Positions 1 to 7,079 of a stretch of DNA of 24,000 nt are shown one piece after another. Origin of the DNA: Acidimicrobiales bacterium (lineage in GTDB: Bacteria; Actinomycetota; Acidimicrobiia; Acidimicrobiales; Ilumatobacteraceae); contig JBBQTN010000044.1 of assembly GCA_038213195.1 (NCBI GenBank), forward strand, positions 4,767-28,766, read 5' to 3'. A model generated the notes under the pieces. The model made no database searches and was not told where the DNA came from. It saw only the letters and a program-made list of their open reading frames with translations. Each line of letters opens with the position of its first letter. Position 1 is the stretch's first letter. A program made the translations under genes and the position numbers.

Positions 1-1238
1 ACATCCGCACCAACGGCGACGGCGACGCGCGCATCGCGGGCGCCGGCGTGACGGGCGATGTTGGAGAGGGCCTCACGGAGCACGTGCAGGAGCTCTTCGG
101 CGATGCTGCTGTCGATCGTCTCGATCGGTCCGTCGAACTGCAGCCGCGGCTCGAAGCCGAGCGCCGGTGTCGATTCGGTCAGCGCCGCGAGCAGGCGTCC
201 GCGGAGTCCCCCCGGCGCCGCCCCCGAGCCCTGGAGCGAGAACACCGCCATGCGCAGCTCCCTGATCGTCTCATCGAGCCCGTCGATCGTCGTGCGGATC
301 CGCTTCGCGGCCGGCTCGTCGACGAGCGGAAGGGTGGACTGCAGGCTGAGCCCTTCACCGAACAGGCGCTGGATCACCGTGTCGTGCAGGTCACGGGCGA
401 TCCGCTCGCGGTCGCTGAAGACGGCGGCGTTCGTGTCGGCTTCTGTTTGGGCGTCGCGCAGCGCGCGCTGGCTGAGGGCGAGCTCGTTGTCGCGTGCGAG
501 GCGAGCGGTGATGTCCCTGGCGAGGGTGATCACCCATGTCGTCGTGTCTCGTGGTGAGAGCGCAGTCTGGTAGGTCGTCTCCACCGTGACCTTCGTGCCG
601 TCCTTGCGGACCATCGTCGCCAGGCTGGCGACGGATGCGTCTTCGCTGCTGATCAGCGGTTCGACGAGCAGACGCTCTTCGGCCTCGGTCTTGTGCGGGC
701 TGAGCGCGAGTGGTGTCATCTTCAGCAACTCGCTGCGGTCGTAGCCGGTCAGCCGTGTTGCACCGTCGTTGACGAACGAGAAGACCATCGTGCCCGCGTC
801 GAAGATGAAGATCGCATCGTCGCTCGCGTCCAGGGTCCGCAGCACGCGATGCAGCTGCGCATCCGCCTGCGTCCGCTCGCTGATGTTGCGCACCGCGACG
901 ACGGTGAAGTGCACTGCGTCGAGGACCATCGGGCTGAGGCTGATCTGCACTGCTATCTCCGAGCCGTCGGCGTGGCGCGCGACCAGATCGAGACAGGACT
1001 CCGCGCTCACCAACAGGGGCCGGTCGCGCAGCTGGGCGGGCACCGCGGGGACCAGGTCCTCGATGACGCCACCGACGAGGCGCTCGAGGTCGTAGCCGAA
1101 CAGCGCAGCGGCGTGGTCGTTGGCGAACACGACCTGTCCATCGTCGGCCAGGATCAGCGTCGCGTCCGGCATCGCCTCCACGAGGCACCGCGCGAACTCG
1201 TCGCCGTGTGACAGGAGGAGTGACGACCGTTGGGCCAT
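1..1238 (-). CDS. PAS-PAS-HisKA_3 sensor histidine kinase, C-terminus beyond left window edge
   Basis: Minus-strand frame from ATG at 1238 (MAQRSSLLLSHGDEFARCLVEAMPDATLILADDGQVVFANDHAAALFGYDLE...) is open to the window edge. It has two PAS-like segments and the HisKA_3 H-box 'RIARDLHDTVIQRLFGEGLSLQS'. This frame is missing from the ORF track because it runs off the window. Confidence 0.88.
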   Translation of the reverse strand, partial: MAQRSSLLLSHGDEFARCLVEAMPDATLILADDGQVVFANDHAAALFGYDLERLVGGVIEDLVPAVPAQLRDRPLLVSAESCLDLVARHADGSEIAVQISLSPMVLDAVHFTVVAVRNISERTQADAQLHRVLRTLDASDDAIFIFDAGTMVFSFVNDGATRLTGYDRSELLKMTPLALSPHKTEAEERLLVEPLISSEDASVASLATMVRKDGTKVTVETTYQTALSPRDTTTWVITLARDITARLARDNELALSQRALRDAQTEADTNAAVFSDRERIARDLHDTVIQRLFGEGLSLQSTLPLVDEPAAKRIRTTIDGLDETIRELRMAVFSLQGSGAAPGGLRGRLLAALTESTPALGFEPRLQFDGPIETIDSSIAEELLHVLREALSNIARHAGARDARVAVAVGAD

Positions 1239-1374
1239 GGTGGCGAACCTTTCCCGGCTTGGATCGACCGACGGTGCCGCGGATCGAAGCAGGAGCTTCG
1301 CCACTGACGGTGAACGCGCAGCTACTCTATCGGGTCGACCCGCGTGTGCCGCCGCCGTGTTCGCGCAACACGAG

Positions 1375-2025
1375 TCAGTACCGCTGGTTGCGGCGCTCCG
1401 CCTGGCGGGCCGCGTACACGGCGGCCTCGGTGCGGTGGCTCATCCCCATCTTGCCGAGCAGGTTCGAGACGTAGTTCTTGACCGTCTTCTCGGCGAGGAA
1501 CATCTCGGTCGCGATCTGCCGGTTCGTCCGTCCGTCGGCGAGGAGGTCGAGGATGCGGCGCTCCTGGACGCTCAGCCCGGCGAGCCGGACGTCCTCGGTC
1601 ACTCCCTTGCGCAGGCGGTCCATCACCCGTTTCGCCAACGTCGGCTCGATCAACGACTCACCGGCGCCGACACGACGGACGGCGGCGACGAGATCGCCGC
1701 CCTTGACCTGCTTCAACATGTATCCGGAGGCGCCGGCGACGATCGCTTCGAACAGCGCTTCGTCATCGTCGAACGAGGTCAGCATCAAGCACGCGATCTC
1801 GGGTGACCACGACTGCAGGTCACGGCACAGCTCGACCCCGCTGCCGTCGGGGAGCCGCAGGTCGAGGAGCACGACCTGCGGTTGGGTGGCGGGGATGCGC
1901 GCCAGCGCCTCCTCGATCGTGCCGGCTTCCCCGACCACTTCGAGGTCCTCCTCGGCCGTCAGCAGATCGCGTAGGCCGCGACGGACGACCTCGTGGTCGT
2001 CGACGAGGAACACGCGCAGCGCCAT
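1375..2025 (-). CDS. NarL/LuxR-family response regulator (DevR/DosR-like)
   Basis: MALRVFLVDDHEVVRRGLRDLL..., phospho-acceptor region VVLLDLRLPDG, C-terminal HTH 'LSVQERRILDLLADGRTNRQIATEMFLAEKTVKNYVSNLLGKMG'. Start set at ATG 2025 rather than 2055. Confidence 0.93.
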   Translation of the reverse strand: MALRVFLVDDHEVVRRGLRDLLTAEEDLEVVGEAGTIEEALARIPATQPQVVLLDLRLPDGSGVELCRDLQSWSPEIACLMLTSFDDDEALFEAIVAGASGYMLKQVKGGDLVAAVRRVGAGESLIEPTLAKRVMDRLRKGVTEDVRLAGLSVQERRILDLLADGRTNRQIATEMFLAEKTVKNYVSNLLGKMGMSHRTEAAVYAARQAERRNQRY

Positions 2026-2134
2026 CGCAAATCCTCGCACATCGACGCACACCACTCACTGCACTCGGCCGGACGGTCTCCGTGACGTCGGCGTGCCAGA
2101 ACCCGCCGGCCGGTACCGCCTCGATCCTGAACGG

Positions 2135-4864
2135 TCACGCGTTGCGCGGGTCGGGAGCCTCGGGATCGATCGCGAACCGGCGGATCGCGTCCGACACCGT
2201 CTCCTCCTTCACCTCGCCCTGCGCGTGCAGCGCTCCGAGGACGGCGACGACGACGTTGCCGGCGTCGATCTCGAAGTGGGCGCGCAGCGCCTCGCGGGTG
2301 TCGCTGCGCCCCATCCCGTCGGTGCCGAGGGGGACGAACAGACGGCTCGGGACGAACCGGGCGATCTGCTCGGGGACGATCTTCATGAAGTCCGAGACCG
2401 CGACGATCGGACCCTGCCCGTCGCCGAGCAGTTCGGCGACCAGCGACGTGCGCGCCGGCTGGCTGGGGTGCAGCCGGTTCCAGCGCTCGGTGCTCAACGC
2501 CTCCTCGCGCAGCGACTTGTACGACGTCGCCGACCACAGCTCGGCTGCCACGCCATAATCGCTGGCGAGCACCTCGGCGGCCTCGCGGGCTGCGCCGTGC
2601 AGCGAGCCGCTGAACAGCAACGTCGCGCGCAGCGACGGCCCCTCGGGTGCAGGCGCCCAGCGGTACAGGCCACGCGTGATGTCGGCCGGGTCGAGGCCCT
2701 CCGGCATCGCCGGCATCAGCGCGTTCTCGTTGTAGAGGGTGATGTAGTAGAAGACGTCGCGGTCGGCCTCGGGCGTCCCGGAGCCGTACATCCGCTGCAC
2801 GCCGGCCTGCACGATCGCCGCCACCTCGTATGCGAAAGCGGGGTCGTAGGCCTGGCACGCGGGAACCGTCGAGGCGAGCACGAGCGAGTGCCCGTCCTGA
2901 TGCTGGAGGCCCTCGCCGAGCAACGTCGTGCGACCGGCGGTGGCGCCGAGCAGGAAGCCGCGGGCGCGAGCATCCGCCGCCTGCCAGACCAGGTCGCCGA
3001 CGCGCTGGAAGCCGAACATCGAATAGAACGTGTAGAACGGCACCATCGGCACGCCACGAGTCGCGTAGGCAGTGCCGGCAGCGATGAAGCTGGCCATCGA
3101 ACCGGCCTCGGTGATCCCCTCCTCGAGGATCTGTCCGCTCGCCGACTCGGTGTAGCTGAGCAGCAGGTCGTGGTCCACCGGCTCGTACTTCTGGCCCTGG
3201 GAGGCGTAGATCTTCAGCTCGCGGAACAGCGAGTCCATGCCGAACGTGCGCGCCTCGTCCGGGATGATCGGGACCACGAACTGCCCGAACTTGTCGTCGC
3301 GGGCGAGGTTGCGCAGCAGCCGGGTGAAGCCCATCGTCGTGCTGACCGCCTGCTTGCCGGAGCCCTGGCGGAGCTCGGCGAACACTGCGTCAGCGGGCTG
3401 CGCGAGCTGCTTGCGCAGGCGCACGATCCGCTTCGGCACGGAACCGCCGAGCGAACGCCGGCGCTCGATCATGTACTGGTACTCGATCGAGTCCTCGGCC
3501 GGACGGAAGTACGGCGGCTCGTCGCCGTCGAGCGCGCTCTCCGGGATCTCGTCGTGCAGGTACAGCCGGTCGCGCAGCGCGAGCAGCTGGTCCTTGTTCA
3601 TCTTCTTGATCTGGTGGGTGGAGTTGCGGCCCTCGAAGCCGGGTCCGAGCGTCCAGCCCTTGATCGTCTTGCACAGGATCACCGTCGGTGAACCCGAACC
3701 GAGGTTCTCGGTGGCAGCCTTGTACGCGGCGTACAGCTTGCGGTAGTCGTGCCCGCCCCGGGGCAGGTTGACGAGGTCGTCGTCGGAGAGGTGGGCGACG
3801 AGGGCGCGCAGCCGTGGGTCCGGTCCGAAGAAGTTGTCGCGGATGTACGCGCCGTCGGCGATCCCGTAGCGCTGGAACTGGCCGTCGACGGTGGTGTTCA
3901 GCTGGTTGAGCAGCACGCCGTCCTTGTCCTTGGCGAGCAGCTCGTCCCACTTCGAGCCGAGGATCACCTTGATCACGTTCCAGCCCGCGCCGCGGAACGT
4001 GGCCTCCAGCTCCTGGATGATCTTGCCGTTGCCGCGCACAGGGCCGTCGAGGCGCTGGAGGTTGCAGTTGACCACGAACACGAGGTTGTCCAGCCGCTCC
4101 CGACTGGCCAGCGAGATGGCCCCCAACGTTTCCGGCTCGTCGCACTCACCGTCGCCGAGGAACGCCCAGACCCGGCTACCGCTGGTGTCGTCGATCTCGC
4201 GGCCCTGGAGGTAGCGGTTGAACCGTGCGTGGTACAGCGCGGTGAGCGGTCCGAGGCCCATGCTGACCGTCGGGAACTCCCAGAACTCGGGCATCAGCCG
4301 CGGGTGCGGGTAGCTGCTCAGCCCGCGACCGCCACGACCGATCTCCTGGCGGAAGTGGTCGAGATCGTCCTCGGTCAGCCGGCCTTCCATGAACGCCCGT
4401 GCGTACACGCCGGGTGCGGCGTGGCCCTGGAAGTAGATGTGGTCGCCTGCGTTGCCGTCGTCCTTGCCGCGGAAGAAGTGGTTGAACCCGATCTCGTAGA
4501 GGCTGGCGGAGCTGGCGAACGTCGACAGGTGGCCACCGATGCCCTCGGCGTGCTTGTTGGCCTTGACCACCATCGCCGCCGCGTTCCAGCGCACGAAGGC
4601 GCGGATCCGCCGCTCGATGAACTCGTCGCCGGGGAACCACGGCTCGGCCTCGCGGGGGATGGTGTTGATGTACGGGGTGCTGACGGTCGCGGGGAAGCTG
4701 ACCTGCGACTCGCGGGCGCGCTCGAGCAGCTTCGACAGCAGGAACCGGGCGCGGGTCTTGCCGTGCGTGTCGACCACGGCGTCCAGGCTGTCGAGCCATT
4801 CCTGCGTCTCGCCGGGATCGGTGTCCGGGAGCTGGTGGACGAAACCGTCGAAGATCATCGGCAC
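2135..4864 (-). CDS. aceE: Pyruvate dehydrogenase E1 component, homodimeric type (AceE)
   Basis: 909 aa. TPP-binding region 'GDGECDEPETLGAISLASRERLDNLVFVVNCNLQRLDGPVRGNGKIIQELE' is characteristic of AceE. Start could be GTG 4864 or ATG 4858. Confidence 0.97.
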   Translation of the reverse strand: MPMIFDGFVHQLPDTDPGETQEWLDSLDAVVDTHGKTRARFLLSKLLERARESQVSFPATVSTPYINTIPREAEPWFPGDEFIERRIRAFVRWNAAAMVVKANKHAEGIGGHLSTFASSASLYEIGFNHFFRGKDDGNAGDHIYFQGHAAPGVYARAFMEGRLTEDDLDHFRQEIGRGGRGLSSYPHPRLMPEFWEFPTVSMGLGPLTALYHARFNRYLQGREIDDTSGSRVWAFLGDGECDEPETLGAISLASRERLDNLVFVVNCNLQRLDGPVRGNGKIIQELEATFRGAGWNVIKVILGSKWDELLAKDKDGVLLNQLNTTVDGQFQRYGIADGAYIRDNFFGPDPRLRALVAHLSDDDLVNLPRGGHDYRKLYAAYKAATENLGSGSPTVILCKTIKGWTLGPGFEGRNSTHQIKKMNKDQLLALRDRLYLHDEIPESALDGDEPPYFRPAEDSIEYQYMIERRRSLGGSVPKRIVRLRKQLAQPADAVFAELRQGSGKQAVSTTMGFTRLLRNLARDDKFGQFVVPIIPDEARTFGMDSLFRELKIYASQGQKYEPVDHDLLLSYTESASGQILEEGITEAGSMASFIAAGTAYATRGVPMVPFYTFYSMFGFQRVGDLVWQAADARARGFLLGATAGRTTLLGEGLQHQDGHSLVLASTVPACQAYDPAFAYEVAAIVQAGVQRMYGSGTPEADRDVFYYITLYNENALMPAMPEGLDPADITRGLYRWAPAPEGPSLRATLLFSGSLHGAAREAAEVLASDYGVAAELWSATSYKSLREEALSTERWNRLHPSQPARTSLVAELLGDGQGPIVAVSDFMKIVPEQIARFVPSRLFVPLGTDGMGRSDTREALRAHFEIDAGNVVVAVLGALHAQGEVKEETVSDAIRRFAIDPEAPDPRNA

Positions 4865-4956
4865 AGTCTGTCAGGCAGGCCGGGCCGTCGTCGTCGACCC
4901 CGGTGAGAGTTGCGCTGCTGTCGCGGATGCGGCATCGACCCGTCGGTGGCCGTGCG

Positions 4957-6780
4957 TCAGGGGCTCCACCAACCGGAGACGTCGAACAGCACGTGCGCGC
5001 CACGGTACGTCTCGATGCACAACCGTTGGTCGGCCGACAGCCCGACCGTCAGCGAGTTGGCGAGGATCGCCCCCGCTGGCGCGTTGACCGACGACGACAG
5101 CTGCGACTGCCCGCACGGCGTTGCCCGCAGCCATCCGCTGATCGTCGGCTGGACCATCGTCAGCGTTCCGCTGACCGCCTGCGCACCGGCCGGGGCGGGC
5201 TGCAGGTCGATGCTCTGCCGGCTCTCGATCCGGCCCGACCAACCGCCGGTGCCGTCGCGGGTGTCGAGCATCCGCTGGACCACCGACGGGGTGTAGCGCA
5301 GCGCGCCGGCGGTGGAGAACGTGCCGGTGATGTCGACCACCACGTCGGCGGGTGTGGATGTGCTGACGCAGACCGTGCCTTGCGCAGACACCAGCACGTA
5401 GGCCGCGCCGGCGATGATCTCGCCCGGCCCGAAGTAGATCTGGGCGAGGTCGGGGCGCAGCTGGTCGCACGACCAGACGGTCAGCGCACCGGCCGCGGCC
5501 GAGTCGAGGCCGACCATGCTCAACGCCACGGCGGTCGCACCGGGCGGGGCGGCGATCACATCGACCGGGTTGCGGCCCGTCTCGCGGGTGTCGAGCAGCC
5601 GTGCCGGCACGGTCGGGGTGAACCGGGTCGCCGGCGACGCGACGAACCAGCCCTGCACGTCGATGTCGACGTCGGTCGCGTCGTAGCTGAAGATGCACAC
5701 GGTCCGGGCCGGCGTGAGCGTGGCCAGCACCTGCGCGGCTCGCTGCTGACCGGCGACGAAGTTGAGGCTCGACGTCATCGGCCGAGCCCCGCCGCACGGG
5801 TAGACCGTGAGGTAGCCGGGTCCTGTTGGATTGCGCGACTCGAGGGTCAGCGCCGCAGCTGACGCGTCGCCGGGCGCGACGGACGACAGGTCCAGCGTGG
5901 CCGTCGAACCGGGATCGATGTGCAGCCCTGTGGTGATCCGCGCGACGGGCACGGGCCGGTAGTCCGTGGGCGCGCCCCCAGCCGCCGGGGGAGGAGCGTT
6001 CGCCCCGACCCGCCGGGCCGGCCCGAAGTGGGCGGTGATGTCGTCGGTCATCAGCCGGCTGCGGCGGGCGTACTGCGCACCGCTCGCGAGGTGGATGTAG
6101 AAGCCGTCGGTGACGAACGGCGGGTTGGCGGTCGCCAGCGCCGTCGGCCAGTCCCACACGACGAGGTTCGGCCGCTCCTGCTGGGCCAGCTGCAACGCCG
6201 AGTTCCACGCCGCGGCGCGGGCGTAGTCGACGGTCGTCAGCTCCGACCACCACACCTCCGCCTGCGGACCGATGACGTCGAGCAGGTAGTCGATCGTCTG
6301 CTTCATGCAGGCCACCGTTGGCGGGCAGAACGCGTTGTCGTTGTTGCCCAGGTTGACGAGCACGACCGACGGGTCCCAGCCCTCGGAGCGCCAGCGGTCG
6401 ATCCAGTACGCGGCCGTCGTCGACCTGCCCGCCCCGAGGTTGCGCCCGGTGGTGAGCCCCTTGGTGGCGAGGAAGTTGACAGGTCCCCACCCCGCGGTGG
6501 CGAGCATGTTCGGCAAACCTGGGCTGCTGAGGCCGTCGGACGAGCCGATCAGCACGGAATCACCGATCACCGTGATCCCGCCCAGCGGCCCTGCGTCGGA
6601 GTACTGGTTGCACTGCAGGTCGGTCGGCCGGAAGCCGGACGGGCAGGGCGGCAGGGCTCCTGCGGCGTGGACCGCGGTCGGTGGTTCGACGGCCAGACCG
6701 CCGGCCGACAACACGGCGAGAGCGCACAGGACGAGGAAGGTGATCGCGGCCCGCAGTCGCATCGGTCGGCAGTCTTGCAT
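4957..6780 (-). CDS. Secreted SGNH/GDSL-like hydrolase with three C-terminal 'xxLLDTR' beta-type modules
   Basis: Signal peptide MRLRAAITFLVLCALAVLSAGG; block I 'ITVIGDSVLIG', 'LVNLGNNDNA', 'TDGFYIHLASG'; C-terminus with 'VPARLLDTRETG' and 'VVQRMLDTRDGTGG' modules ending DVQGWF / DITGTF / DVSGWW. Start at ATG 6780 or 6762 preferred over the track start 6858. Confidence 0.8.
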   Translation of the reverse strand: MQDCRPMRLRAAITFLVLCALAVLSAGGLAVEPPTAVHAAGALPPCPSGFRPTDLQCNQYSDAGPLGGITVIGDSVLIGSSDGLSSPGLPNMLATAGWGPVNFLATKGLTTGRNLGAGRSTTAAYWIDRWRSEGWDPSVVLVNLGNNDNAFCPPTVACMKQTIDYLLDVIGPQAEVWWSELTTVDYARAAAWNSALQLAQQERPNLVVWDWPTALATANPPFVTDGFYIHLASGAQYARRSRLMTDDITAHFGPARRVGANAPPPAAGGAPTDYRPVPVARITTGLHIDPGSTATLDLSSVAPGDASAAALTLESRNPTGPGYLTVYPCGGARPMTSSLNFVAGQQRAAQVLATLTPARTVCIFSYDATDVDIDVQGWFVASPATRFTPTVPARLLDTRETGRNPVDVIAAPPGATAVALSMVGLDSAAAGALTVWSCDQLRPDLAQIYFGPGEIIAGAAYVLVSAQGTVCVSTSTPADVVVDITGTFSTAGALRYTPSVVQRMLDTRDGTGGWSGRIESRQSIDLQPAPAGAQAVSGTLTMVQPTISGWLRATPCGQSQLSSSVNAPAGAILANSLTVGLSADQRLCIETYRGAHVLFDVSGWWSP

Positions 6781-6870
6781 GGTCGACGCGCGACCATCGG
6801 GCGCCGACGGCCTGCCGGTGATCGGGGCGCCCTCGGCCCGCTCCCGGTCGGGTGCCACCGGCCGCTCCGG

Positions 6871-6992
6871 GCAACCGGTCGCAGCCGGAAGGACTCGTAC
6901 GGTTTCCGGTTGCGACCAGAACGGGTTCGGGCGTGACTGGGTCAGGCGGCGCCGAGCGTCTGCTCATGATCGGGCGCCTTCGACCGCAACCG
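6871..6992. promoter_or_regulatory. Putative regulatory region with a 14-bp-arm inverted repeat and clustered GCARCCG motifs between divergent genes
   Basis: Arm 6877-6890 GGTCGCAGCCGGAA and arm 6904-6917 TTCCGGTTGCGACC (13/14 complementary, 13-nt loop). GCAACCG at 6871-6877 and 6986-6992, GCAGCCG at 6881-6887, CGGTTGC (reverse) at 6907-6913. Confidence 0.5.
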
Positions 6993-7079
6993 ACCATGGG
7001 CCCGAGCCTCGGCTCCACCGCCCTCGGTCGTGCGGGCCTCCGCTTCCGCAGAGTGCCCCCGACGTACGATCGGCCACCG

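Noticed and set aside
391-1188. 265-aa minus-strand ORF
   Set aside because: Wrong frame. The adjacent minus frame starting at 1238 encodes a clear PAS/HisKA_3 kinase.
1478-3691. 737-aa plus-strand ORF antisense to response regulator and aceE
   Set aside because: Low-complexity Arg/His/Val-rich antisense frame typical of high-GC genomes. The opposite strand encodes convincing AceE and NarL-type proteins.
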